Counted from the whole stretch's first letter, positions 1 through 11,100 are shown. The stretch: DNA of 63,556 nt, filler included, from Octopus bimaculoides (GCF_001194135.2; 7 parts of 5 records of this genome joined end to end with filler, not necessarily neighbours in it), one strand, 5' to 3'. Notes: generated from the letters alone by a model not told the origin. Numbers and translations: made by a program.

Positions 1-403
1 ATTTTCTCATTTTTGTGGTCGTAAGTGCAGGTGGTCGTAAGTCGAAGAAAAGGTATATGTGTGTGTATGTGCATATATATGTGTGTATATAATATATTTA
101 TATATGACTGGACGTATTCTACCTCTCTCTTCTATCTTTTCTCTTTTCAAAGAAAATATTTCTCCAGCGTTCGCTATTTTACCTGCGTTCTGGTCTAACG
201 ATCCTCCATATTTGTTTTCGTTCGGTTTCCTTGTACGTCTCCACTGTCCTGTTTTTGTTCTCAACTTTGACCCTCCATAAATCCAAAATTTTCTTTGGTA
301 CTTATGGGAGCAACTGCCTTCGAAGACTCATATTGTGGTTCAATGCTCGAAATGAGGAGTAGATAGTCAGCCGACAACTGTGTTTACTTGTCCAGTTTTC
401 CAT

Positions 404-591
404 TTGTTTCTCTCGTTGTTTGTGTATTGAACTAATTTTATGTTGTTTACTGTTGGTTACGTCCTGTACCCATATATGCATATGTATATATACATATATA
501 CATATATATACATATGCATATATGGGTACAGGACGTCACCAGCAGTAAACAACATGAAATTAGTTCAATACGCAAACAACGAGAGAAACAA
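404..591. repeat. Long inverted repeat / foldback (~88-bp arms, short TA-rich centre)
   Basis: TTGTTTCTCTCGTTG...GTCCTGTACCCATATATGCATATGTATATATA is mirrored by TATATATACATATGCATATATGGGTACAGGAC...CAACGAGAGAAACAA; 4 mismatches seen. Confidence 0.9.
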
Positions 592-1812
592 TATATATAT
601 ATATATTATTTATATTATTATTATTTGACTGAACGCCACACATCCATTTCCAAGAATATATTATAGTTGTCAACTAAACTTGACTAAGAGTTTGCATAAC
701 ACCTACATTGCTAGAAATAGGCGCTAAAATGCTCCGATGCTGTTGAAAAGCTCCATTTACGATGCTCCAGCATGACCACAATCTAATGACTTCAACAAGT
801 AAAAGATAAAAAAGATCGACTGCTGATTTTAAAGGTTTTCCTGGGATTGAACATTTGAAGGACGTCACTATACTGACATCTGGGCCCTTCCGTTTCTTAT
901 AATACTCTTTCCGTAGAGGCTTGATATTTTGTTACGTAATTGTATATATTCTTCGAGATACACAACCAAATATTTTATTTTCTATTCCAGAGTGACCGAT
1001 GCATGAATTTTGAAAATACCTTCTATATTGTCTGTCTACCATTTCCTCGATCCGTCGATGAATTTATCGTCATCGGTTGTTTTGCGATCCTACAAGATAT
1101 CATCCGCACTTGGAGACTAAAAGTTTGTGGCATACTTTCGATATCAATTTGTAGCGGTGTTTCCTATGAAAATTTAATACTGATGGCAGCAATTGCGGAT
1201 TCATTGTTGCTGATATAGTTGGTCATAGTGGAATTGGCATACCTAGTAGAAATATGGTGAGTTGGATACGTCAACGAGAGAATTGGTGAGGTAGAAGATG
1301 TGTGCAGCAATATTAGATAATACAGCACAACAATGGCTACCATAGTAGAAGATCAATAAAACAGGTAATATTCCAACATCAAATTGCCAAATTTAAACCA
1401 GTTCAATAACATGGCGGATGCATAATCGCTATAACGCAAATACACAACGTTACACATACACGCCTGGATGTATACCCATGTACCTCCACAACATTGAACA
1501 AGAGAAATACCATAGATCAAATAAAAGCGTCATCACCGAGATGCTCAAACAGATAGAAATAAGAGACAAACCACCCTCAAATCAACCCCTATCATCGTAT
1601 ATATGTGGTGAGGGATGGACGTAATATATTTTTATCTTCATGCCATTCATGGGGAGCGTCTTGAAAGGGGTTAATAGAACAAATCGATCTCGCTACACAT
1701 ATTTTTTTTTAAATCTTGTGTTTATTCTGTCTATTGCCGATAAGTTACAGTGATAAGTTACGGTGTCATAAACAAACCAACATTAGTTATCAAGTGGGGG
1801 TATGGAAAAACA

Positions 1813-2130
1813 TGTACACACACACACGCACACGAATACACATACACGCACGCATACATACACAAGCACACACGCACGCACACGCACACACGCACTTACA
1901 TACACAAATACATACGCACATACGCACACACGCACACGTACACACACATGCACGCACACCCACCCACACACATACACGAATATACACACACGCATATATA
2001 CAGACGTGCGCACATTCATGCACGCACACGCGCGCATACACACACATACACGCATACACGCACACACATACACACTCACGCACGCACACACGCGCACACG
2101 CTTCCACATAATCATACATACACACACTAA
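1813..2130. repeat. Degenerate (CA)n/(CACG)n microsatellite
   Basis: Direct reading; source of the HT/CV-rich spurious ORFs. Confidence 0.95.
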
Positions 2131-2207
2131 GGATTCCATATCAACTTTTATCTACCAAATTTACTCGCAAGCTCAGTTGTGAGTGGTGTTGAGCTCACGG
2201 TTCGATG

Positions 2208-2329
2208 AGACAGACAGACAAAGACAGACAGACAGAAAGACAAAGACAGACAGACAGAAAGACAAAGACAGACAGGCAGACAGACAGACAGACAGAAAGA
2301 CAGACAGAAAGACAGACAGACAGACAGAA

Positions 2330-2368
<39 letters not shown>

Positions 2369-2370
2369 GA
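2208..2370. repeat. (GACA)n microsatellite
   Basis: Direct reading. Confidence 0.95.
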
Positions 2371-2634
2371 GGAGGAGAGAAAGACTTCAACCAAGACAAA
2401 ACAGCTTTAATTCATCTAATCGAAAAAATGTAATCACGGAGTAGGCACGTCACAATAGCTTGACGGTGCTATGAGCTTACGGTTTCTGCGAAAGAAAACA
2501 AACATGAAGAATGGTCCTCAGATGTTTACAGTAATCCCTCAACTATCGAGGGTGCTACGTTCCAAAACCCCCCGCGACAGGTGAAGTAGAAACAGTACTG
2601 TATTGTATATTTATTATTAGTTTTATAATTTGTA

Positions 2635-3858
2635 TCAGGTTGAGTAAAAAGTAAGCAACGTCTTAAACCATGACGAATTTGTAGCGGGCTTTTGCAGAGT
2701 TTTGAATCTTTTTAAACATTTTTTGCAATTGTCTGATAATACAGACACAGACTTGCCCAAATGCATCAATAAATTAACATTGATAATTTTTTTCACCATT
2801 GTTACAATCATCTGAAATGGAACTGTCAAAGCGTGATATGTGAGCAATTTTGATATTGAACTTCAAAAAAGGATGCAAAGCAGCTGAAACTGCTCACGAC
2901 ATCAACGAAACGTTTGGTGAGGAAATGACCAGTGAGTGGTCAACTCGAAAATGGTTTAAACGATTTCGCAGTGGAGACCTGAACCTTGAAGATTGTGATC
3001 GTAGTGGCACCCATCTGTCATCGATGACGGTCAATTAAAGACCATCATTGAAAAACCACCCGAGAACTGGCAAAAGAACTTTAAGTTAGCTAGAAAACTG
3101 CCTGCAACCATTTGCATGTGATCAGAAAATCAAAAGAGTTCAATAAATGGGTACCACACGATTTGAATGAAAATCAGAAAATGCGCAGATATGAAATTTG
3201 CTTGTCGCTCTTTCTCCAGAACTTGCAACGAAAAGTAGATTCTGTACAATAATAAAAAAACGTTCTTCGCAGTGCTTGGACCAAAATGAAGCACCGAAAA
3301 CCTTCCCTAAACCCAAGCTCTTCAAAAAGAAGGCTATGGTGACTGTTTGGTAATATACTGTTGGACTCATCCACTACTTCTTAAAACCTGAGAAAGCCAT
3401 TACTGCAGAAACAAATTGCCAAGAAATTACCAAAATGAACGAAAAGCTTTTGCTCCTCCGCCCCAGACTGGTCAACAGAAGAAGGCCAATCATTCTTAAT
3501 GACAATGCTCGACAACACGTTTCATGAAGTTGAGGGAACTTGGCTACAAAGTTCTTCCACACCCAGCTTATTTCCCAGGCCTTTCTCCTACCGACTACCA
3601 CTTTTCCAAGCACTTTGATGGTCTCCTGCAAGTGAAGGAGTTCAAAAATAAAACCGATGATGAAAGTATGTTCAAAGAGTTCATCAGCTCCAGAATTCAA
3701 GATTTTTATGCTACTAGAATAAACAAACTTGTAACTCGTTGGCAAAAATGTGTGGGATGTAATGGTACTTACTTTGATAAATAAAATTTCTGCATTGTTG
3801 AAATATATTATGAGGAATTTCATGTTTCAAAACGCTGCTTACTTTTTACTCAACCTGA
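2635..3858 (+). mobile_element. Full-length (1224 bp) mariner transposon, cecropia/Hsmar1-like, inactive
   Basis: TIRs TCAGGTTGAGTAAAAAGTAAGCA (from 2635) and TGCTTACTTTTTACTCAACCTGA (ends 3858), each flanked by TA. Internal transposase motifs present. Confidence 0.95.
2817..3784 (+). pseudogene. Mariner transposase pseudogene (stops and frameshifts)
   Basis: HTH region KAAETAHDINETFGEE..RKWFKRFRSGD, WVPHDL, DNARQH, HPAYFPGLSPTDYHFSKHFD, and C-terminus INKLVTRWQKCVGCNGTYFD. First catalytic D reads TCNEK*. Confidence 0.93.
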
Positions 3859-4267
3859 TATATATTTATTTTACTATAATACAAAACTATACTACACACT
3901 CGCCTCCTGAGTTTCATTTTCCATACAGCATGTGCGATTCTTTGTTTACTCATCTACGGTACACTACGTATTTTCTTTTAATATTTTTTAATTAATGTGT
4001 TATACATTGCAGTACTGTACTGCATTTTTATTTATCAATTTATTGAATTTTAGGCACGAAAATGCATATTTTACCACAGAAATAATTAAAATATAAAATA
4101 TAATACCTATCGGCAGCAGAATATCTGTGATACACTGCGGAGTCCGCGATAAAAATTTACATATATTAGCCAGAAAAATCCGCGATTTACTGAGGGCGTG
4201 ATAGGTGAACTTTGACATGGCAANNNNNNNNNNNNNNNNNNNNNNNNNNNNNNNNNNNNNNNNNNNN

Positions 4268-4279
4268 TTAATTAATTAA
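4268..4279. other. Artificial contig-join linker TTAATTAATTAA in N run (also 15067-15078, 18224-18235, 37034-37045, 42303-42314, 61441-61452)
   Basis: Identical 12-mer with stops in all six frames, centred in ~100-base N blocks six times. Confidence 0.95.
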
Positions 4280-4323
4280 NNNNNNNNNNNNNNNNNNNNN
4301 NNNNNNNNNNNNNNNNNNNNNNN

Positions 4324-4410
4324 GGGGAGGAAGAGGAGAAGGTACTGCGGACCAGTAGATCGCGTAGGTTGCGGGCGCGTTTGAAAGCGGATAGGGGTGG
4401 GTTGGGGAGT
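4324..4410 (-). mobile_element. Penelope-like element fragment (RT-to-GIY-YIG linker)
   Basis: Translates PPLSAFKRARNLRDLLVRS, the characteristic PLE linker motif. Confidence 0.7.
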
Positions 4411-4561
4411 ATGTACATATACGTATGTATACATGAATATATACATACATATATATATATATATGTGTGTATTTGTATATGGTATTTGTTGGAGGTAGTG
4501 AAATCGGTTTCCTCCTTTATGTGGGCTGGCACGATGTTGAAGAGAGTAGGGCTAGTTATAT

Positions 4562-4733
4562 AATAAATGAAAAATGCATTAAATACTACGAAACGTACAC
4601 GTAGGACAGACACAAAGGACCCTAATTCTTCAGTTTTCGATCAAAAGTACTGGTCGATAACTGAAGAATTAGGGTCCTTCTGAGTCATACCTACGCATAC
4701 GTTTCGTAGTATTTAATGCATTTTTCATTTATT
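4562..4733. repeat. Long inverted repeat / foldback (~80-bp arms, ~13-nt loop)
   Basis: AATAAATGAAAAATGCATTAAATACTACGAAACGTA and GGACCCTAATTCTTCAGTT are mirrored exactly on the right arm; an internal ~16-nt segment is diverged. Confidence 0.9.
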
Positions 4734-4766
4734 GAGTAACTGAACACCACGCATCCCGACTTTTGT

Positions 4767-4800
<34 letters not shown>

Positions 4801-5694
4801 NNNNNNNNNNNNNNNNNNNNNNNNNNNNNNNNNNNNNNNNNNNNNNNNNNNNNNNNNNNNNNNNNNNNNNNNNNNNNNNNNNNNNNNNNNNNNNNNNNNN
4901 NNNNNNNNNNNNNNNNNNNNNNNNNNNNNNNNNNNNNNNNNNNNNNNNNNNNNNNNNNNNNNNNNNNNNNNNNNNNNNNNNNNNNNNNNNNNNNNNNNNN
5001 NNNNNNNNNNNNNNNNNNNNNNNNNNNNNNNNNNNNNNNNNNNNNNNNNNNNNNNNNNNNNNNNNNNNNNNNNNNNNNNNNNNNNNNNNNNNNNNNNNNN
5101 NNNNNNNNNNNNNNNNNNNNNNNNNNNNNNNNNNNNNNNNNNNNNNNNNNNNNNNNNNNNNNNNNNNNNNNNNNNNNNNNNNNNNNNNNNNNNNNNNNNN
5201 NNNNNNNNNNNNNNNNNNNNNNNNNNNNNNNNNNNNNNNNNNNNNAAAAAGACATGCCCGGGGTGTCACGCAGTGGAACTGAACTCGAGGTCCCGTGGCT
5301 GCAAAGCAACCTTCTTAACCACACTACCGTGCATGTGCGTGTGTGTGTGTACACATACAATAAACTCTGCTGCTACTATTTTGTCGTTTCATGTTGTATT
5401 GATGAAACCAATCCTTTCAGCTGTTCTGATTATCATTATCCTGTTGTAAAGTGATCCCTATCAGTAATCTTAACATTCAGCGGTTTGGTGTGAGATGTCT
5501 TCTACACTTTTAAACCTCATCATAACAACAGCGACAGCAACAACAACCAGTTATATTATACTTCCGATCTAAACCGCTGTTGCTGCACCACCGTCGCCAC
5601 TACTACTACTACTATAGATGTTAGAGCAAATTATGATGCTAGGATGGATGGAGTATGGTAATAACAAGCAAACCGAATCAGTAAGTCTATTATA

Positions 5695-5810
5695 GAATTG
5701 TATCGACTCCTCCTCCACCGCAGGAGGAATGAAAAGTAAAGTCGAACCTGGTGAGGATTTGAACTCAGAATATAAGTGTAGAATTTCAACGTAGACGTAG
5801 CTAAAAGTGT
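5695..5810 (-). mobile_element. SINE family A fragment (degenerate)
   Basis: GAAAAGTAAAGTCGAACCTGG..GGATTTGAACTCAGAA matches other family A copies. Confidence 0.65.
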
Positions 5811-6084
5811 GGTTCAGAAGTTTGCCGTTACGTGGTTTCGGGTTCGATCTCACCATGTGACATCACTTCGCCTCATATGTAAAATTTGGTAGACGGCACC
5901 ATTATGGAATTATCCGTATTCTTGACTCAATCCGTTTTAAAACCAAAAACCTGGTTCTTGTTGCAGACAATCCACCAGTTCCTTCGATTTGATGATAACT
6001 AACGGGAGTCCTGAAAGGCTACAAGGGTGTTGAGGGAAAAAAAATAATCTGTGATCTTATTTCGTACAAGTCTCGGTGGGGGGT

Positions 6085-6230
6085 GTTTCTCGTGGGTGTT
6101 TCGTTCAACATCCTCAAACAGCCCTTATTCAAGGACTATTTGAACAGGATCGGATACTGGACCTGAAGAAAATTCTAACCTGGCTCCACCTGCAAGGTCA
6201 TGCGCTGTTTATCTTGACATGAGATCACCG
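6085..6230. mobile_element. Interspersed repeat family E fragment
   Basis: Reverse complement of 39165-39310 (GATCTCAT.TCAAGATAAACAGCGCATGACCTTGCAGGTGG). Confidence 0.8.
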
Positions 6231-6455
6231 ACCCTCTGTGATTCCTATTTTACTCAGATGGACCCGCATAGCCATTCGATGTTTGAAAAATCCTATTATA
6301 TTTTTATGCTTAAATATTATTAAGAATTGTATAAAAAATTGTTTAAAATATTTTGTTTATCATAGAAGTATCTCCAGTATATTGGACATAAAGTTTAACA
6401 ACACAATCTTATGTGGATCCCATCCCCAAGGGTGATATGTACCTGGTTGAGGACC
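6225..6455. mobile_element. hAT/Charlie-like MITE fragment (related copy 51945-52283)
   Basis: Both share TGGACCC.CATA.CCATTCGATGTT and end in GGTTGAG..C(A/C)A(C/T)TG, the reverse complement of a CAGTGGTTCTCAACC-type hAT TIR. Confidence 0.5.
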
Positions 6456-6781
6456 ATTGGTGTAAATGGAAGCGAATGCAGGAATGGACAAAAAATTGGC
6501 TTCAGAAACATCCATTTGAACCAATTTTCTGCAAAAGCAAAGGTTCCAGTATGAAAAGTGAGATATTTCTTCATAAGTTAAAGAAGTTAGCCCAGTTTTA
6601 TATTTTCTGAACAATAGTTCACTCCCCGTCGTTAACCAAATAACAATAATTATGTTTTGATTTTGATGAAGCACAGACAATTTTTTAAATAAGTAAACTG
6701 AATGCAATGGAGGCCTTGTCTCTTTGTCTTAGTATTTTTAATGTAGAAACAGGTGTCAGTAAAACTTAGAAAAAAAAAAAA

Positions 6782-7110
6782 GCTCAGTCTCACTACGTGG
6801 CTCCTTGGGCAAGTGTCTTCTGTTATAGCCTCGGGCTGACCAAAGCTTGTGAATGGATTTAGTTGACGGAAACCAACCGAAAGAAACCCGTCATGTGTGT
6901 ATGTGTTTGTCCCCCACCATCGCTTGACAACCGGTGTCGGTGTGTTTACGTCCCCGTAATGTAGCGGTTCGGCAAAAGATCCTTATAGAGTAAGCACCAG
7001 GCTATGAATAAAAGTACTGGGGTCGATTCGTTCAACTAAAAATTGTTCAAGGCGGTGCCCCAGCGTAGCCGTAGTCTAATGACTGAAACAAGTAAAAGAT
7101 AAAATAAATA
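6782..7110 (+). mobile_element. tRNA-derived CORE-like SINE family B (5' truncated)
   Basis: CTTGGGCAAGTGTCTTCT..TATAGCCTCGGGC.GACCAAAG body and GCTTGACAACCG..GTTTACGTCCCCGTAA..TGACTGAAACAAGTAAAAG tail, shared with >10 copies. Confidence 0.9.
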
Positions 7111-7868
7111 TGTAAAGGTATTTAGTGCATTATTATTTGTTGGTAAGAATCATACTGGTGAATGTATCTCTTACCTATGTAAAAATTGTATGTTATTAGG
7201 TCGGTTTAGTATACCCGCCCTAATAATGGGGCTTTGTTTGTCATCTGCCCAACAAGATGAAAAAACTAAATAAATAAAACAGGAAAAAGAAGTGTGTCTG
7301 AATAATTGAGGCGTTGGCTAAGATGACATATGAAACGACCCCAATATTATATTCCTTCCTGAGCAGCCCGACAATTGATGATGCCTGTGATCCAATTGTG
7401 TGAAGAGCCCTTTAACAATAAGATGGATGTGTACGCCAATAATTTCAGGATGTTAAGTCTGAAATAGAAGGGCAGAGGTTATGACTTGTGAGTCAGTGTT
7501 ATTAATACACTTATGTTTAGTTTTGAGTTCTTTGTGATTTCTTAGAGGTAGGCGTGAAAAGGATGAACATTTTGAAGTATGTAGTTCCTGAAATTGAAGG
7601 ATTGGACACAGATGTTTGAAGTAAGGTGTCGTATGAAAAGAGTTATTGCGTGGGTGTCGAGAGGAAGAGACACACGAGAATTGTTTTTGTTTGTTTATTT
7701 GTTGATTGTATATGCGTGGGTTTTTAATATGTATTAATGTACACCGTTATGGCGCAAATAATCTTCACATAGTGGCCATCCCTTCAAACTATAATTTTTT
7801 TCTTTTGGGATAGTCCCTAGTGAAAAATAGAAAATTTCCTGTTATCTTATAATATTGTATTATCTGAA

Positions 7869-8027
7869 GGCGGCGAGCTGGCTGAAACGTTAGCACGCCG
7901 GGCGAAATGCTTAGCCGTATTTCGTTACGTTCTGAGTTCAAATTCCGCCGAGGTCGACTTTACTTTTCATCCTTTCGGGGTCGATAAATTGAGTACCAGT
8001 TACGTACTGAGGTCGATTTAATCGGCT
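7869..8027 (+). mobile_element. tRNA-derived SINE family A
   Basis: GGCGGCGAGCTGG..GAGTTCAAATTCCGCCGAGGTCGAC..CATCCTTTCGGGGTCGATAAA..AGTACCAG. Confidence 0.92.
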
Positions 8028-8072
8028 GTAGTTTACGGGTGCCAGATTATAAGCTTGTAGTTGTTGGCTGAT

Positions 8073-8378
8073 GACGTGTGGACTAGTGGTTAGGAGTATT
8101 CAGGTTGTGAGTTCGATTCCTGGGGGATTGTGTCCTTGAAGAAAAAAAAAAAACTCTTTCATGTCGTTCCAGTCCACTCAGCTGGCAAAAATGAGTTGTA
8201 CCTGTAATTCAAAGGACCAGCCTTGTCACATTCTGTGTCATGCTGAATCTCTCTGAGAACTACGTTAAGAGTACGCGTGTCTGTGGAGTGCTCAGCCAGT
8301 TGCACTTTAATTTCACGAGCAGGCTGTTCCGTCGATCGTATCTATCAGAACACTCGTCGTCGTAACTCACGGGGTGCC
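8073..8378 (+). mobile_element. SINE family C2 (tRNA head + CORE-like body + family C tail)
   Basis: B-box GAGTTCGATTCC; tail TTGTACCTGTAATTCAAAGG..GTGGAGTGCTCAGCCA..CACGAGCAGGCTGTTCCG shared with 9920 and 29393. Confidence 0.85.
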
Positions 8379-9029
8379 AGTGTAATTTAAGGCTAAAAGC
8401 TCGCTAAATTCCCAGCTATTCACATCAAATATTCCGACTACATCAGTATAATACGACTAATTTTTTTATTGTTCTTCATCAATTTAGTTAAGTATTTTCA
8501 TTAAATTTCTTTAAATATTTGTTTTCAAAAAGCGATAGTAACACAAAAGAACGAAAGAATTATTGTTTTTAAAGCAAGAATTTGTTTTTATTATTTATAT
8601 ACTTTTTAATATAATTTTAGAGATGTACACGATAAGGATCGATAATTTATAAATGATTCTATGAAGGGGTCAATGATATTAGGAATTTACCGACCCCTGT
8701 GTCGTCATAGTATTGAAATTATTATATATTTATATTATATTATCGTCGTTCGCTCCTCCTCGTTTCCGAGTGTTTCTTTTTTCGTTTGTAGTTCCTCATT
8801 TATGTGGGTGCTTCTCGTGGCTGGCAAGGTCAATTTTCGTGATATATTTATACAATATGTATATTACATTATTTAATATTATAAGCTATGTAATGTGTTT
8901 TAATATAATAAGCGCTAAAGAAACCGCGAACATCGGTGACCACAACCAGACTATAATACTTTCCAATGAGCGCGTGTGCATCGTTGGCGATTTTCTTTCT
9001 CTGTCTTCCCTTCTTTGGACTTTTCCTAT

Positions 9030-9064
9030 ATTTCTGATGAAGAACTCCGCTCGAAACGTGAAAT
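9030..9064 (+). ncRNA. Minimal hammerhead-ribozyme-like motif (probably inactive, GUG triplet)
   Basis: ATTT-CTGATGA-A-GAAC TCC GCTC-GAAACGT-G-AAAT: intact core, helix II with one mismatch, 4-bp helix I. Confidence 0.6.
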
Positions 9065-9919
9065 CCTCTTTCTTTTTTTCCCTTTTCTGAGCGTCCAATA
9101 ACACTGTACTTATTCTATGTCCATCGTTGTTGTTTTTTTCGTGTTTTTTCTTGCTTGTTCATGTTTGAATTGACAAAAAATACTTACTCTGTATCAAACC
9201 ACAATGGTTGCATGCTAGGCATTTCAACTTGCACTTTGAAGACCCATTCGAGTAGGGAACTTGTTAGTCGGGGATAGTGAATTTTGCTTACACAGGTTCG
9301 AGAGAACACTCAGTATTTTCAAGCAAATTTATAAATTTTCTACATCGAAAAGATTGGCCATTTAAACCTCAATTCAGGTCGGTGGCTGTCAGTCTGTATG
9401 TCGAGATTATGTGGTTGATGACCGAATTGTAAAGAAAGATGTTTGGATGTTTATAAAAGGAGCGAAATAACTGAGGTTGAAGATGGATATTTTTCGGATA
9501 TATTGTCTCTAGTCAAAGAGTTTCCAAATTACTTTTGAAAAATGAGAATGAGTTAAAATTCGAGAGAGCAGCAGCCATGCTGTCAAATTGACGTGTTATG
9601 AATGAACGTTTCGTCGTCAGTTTTGGGTGGAGTACATTTGGGACTATTTAAGATTGAGTGATCATGTCATAAAGAATGTTTGTGTTATTCATGTGACATC
9701 GTTTAACCTCCATTCTTAATGTGTTTTGATATTATTAAATTTGTTTATAATTTTATTTTAGCCTTCCTATGTATGCCTCTGTTGGTAGCTACAGTAAGCT
9801 TTAAATTTTTTGCACTTTTATAAAATGATAAATCTTCTTTATTGTCGCTCTATGATTCTCGCTAAATTTCAGAAAATTACTTTTTTTTTTTTTTTGTCTT
9901 TTGCTATTACAGGGAAAGT

Positions 9920-10258
9920 GGAGGCGCAATGGCCCAGTGGTTAGGGCAGCGGACTCGCGGTCATAGAATCGCGGTTCGATTCCCAGACCGGGCGTTGTGA
10001 GTGTTTATTGAGCGAAAACACCTAAAGCCCCACGAGGCTCCGGCAGGAGATGGTGGTGAACCCTGCTGTACTCTTTCACCATAACTTTCACTCTTTCTTC
10101 CTGTTGTACCTGTATTTCAAAGGGCCAGCCTTGTCACACTGTGTCACGCTGAATATCCCCGAGAACTACGTTAAGGGTACACGTGTCTGCGGAATGCTCA
10201 GCTACTTGCACGAGCAGGCTGTTTCGTTGATCGTAAGCGACGGAGTGCCAACAACAAC
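9920..10258 (+). mobile_element. SINE family C1 with 14-bp TSD
   Basis: A box TGGCCCAGTGG, B box GGTTCGATTCC, (AAC)n tail; TSD ATTACAGGGAAAGT at 9906-9919 and 10259-10272. Confidence 0.95.
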
Positions 10259-10605
10259 ATTACAGGGAAAGTAAGGTGCGTGGTCTAGTGGTTAGGGTGT
10301 CTCAAACTTGTGGTTTCGATTCTCGGACCTGGTGGTGTGCTGTGTTCTTCAGCAAAACACTTCATTCCACATTACTCCAGTCCACTCAACTGTATATGCG
10401 ATGGACCAGCGTCCTTTTTGTTGTGATTCCGGTCACTGATACACAAGGGTGACCGGTTAAGCGGCCCTATTTTAGGGAAGAAAATTTAACATTTTAAGTT
10501 CGAAAGATTTTGCCAAGATTTTTATTAGTATTCTATATTTCTGAGATAAGGAATTATGTACACTATTTACAATGAACGAATAGGTGTTCTCACCTTGTTT
10601 ATTGC

Positions 10606-10653
10606 TAGACCAACGTTTCGACTGATGTACTCTCCAGCCTTCATCAGGTATTC
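10606..10653 (-). ncRNA. Minimal hammerhead ribozyme motif (left arm, weak helix I)
   Basis: Minus strand GAATAC-CTGATGA-A-GGCTG GAGAGTACAT CAGTC-GAAACGTT-GGTC. Confidence 0.6.
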
Positions 10654-10748
10654 TGATGGAATTTCGAACCCAACCCTTTATTTGACTAATGGGCTACTCT
10701 GTTCTCATTCCATTAGTCAAATAAAGGGTTGGGTTCAAAATTCCACCA

Positions 10749-10796
10749 GAACACCTGATGAAGGCTGGAGAGTACATCGGCCGAAACGTTGTGGTC
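10749..10796 (+). ncRNA. Minimal type I hammerhead ribozyme motif (PLE-type)
   Basis: GAACAC-CTGATGA-A-GGCTG GAGAGTACAT CGGCC-GAAACGTT-GTGGTC: full core, 5-bp helix II, palindromic AACGTT helix III, helix I 5/6 pairs. Confidence 0.75.
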
Positions 10797-10892
10797 ACAA
10801 CAGACAAGGTGAGAACACCTATCCGTCCATTGTAAATAGGATTTTTATTGTCAACATATTTTCTTACGTTTTGTTATTTTTGTGACAATATG

Positions 10893-11100
10893 AGGTGGCG
10901 AGCTGGCAGAATCGTTACCGCATCGTACGAAATGCTTAGCGGCATTTCCTCCGGGTCTTTACGTTCTGGTTTCAAATGCTGCTGAGGTCAGTTTTGTCTT
11001 TCATCATTTCGGGGTTGATAAAATAAAGTATCAGTGGGGTCAATTTAATCGATTAACCCCTCCCCTTAAAATCGCTGGTCTTATGGAAAAATTTGAAACC
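10893..11100 (+). mobile_element. SINE family A
   Basis: Homology to the 7869 copy. Confidence 0.85.

Larger units (their letters stand above)
2529..4222. mobile_element. pogo/Tigger-like non-autonomous element, interrupted by a mariner; right end lost in gap
   Basis: Starts TA|CAGTAATCCCTC...CCCCCGCGACAGGTGAA (Tigger-like end). Related subterminal motifs (CCGCGAT, GATAGGTGAA) recur at 4145-4210 just before the Ns. Confidence 0.55.
10563..10839. repeat. Foldback element (~130-bp arms, 17-nt loop) carrying a hammerhead motif in each arm
   Basis: CTATTTACAATG...TTTGACTAATGG / CCATTAGTCAAA...CATTGTAAATAG, roughly 90% complementary. Confidence 0.93.

Noticed and set aside
308-352. Possible hammerhead relic (..GAAGACTCAT..ATGCTCGAAATG)
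   Set aside because: The CUGANGA core is not intact, so it is unsupported.
660-1700. Possible decayed retroelement coding sequence (also 7250-7700 and 9150-9550)
   Set aside because: Only faint motif resemblance in broken frames; would need profile-HMM searches.
4268-4279. Conserved TTAATTAATTAA motif occurring six times
   Set aside because: Always centred in N blocks; an assembly linker with six-frame stops.
9604-9621. Minus-strand CTGACGA-C-GAAACGTT hammerhead-like word
   Set aside because: No helix II is possible; at best a deleted relic.
9920-9990. tRNA-like sequences with A/B boxes (here and at other SINE heads)
   Set aside because: No acceptor stem closure; they continue into SINE bodies.
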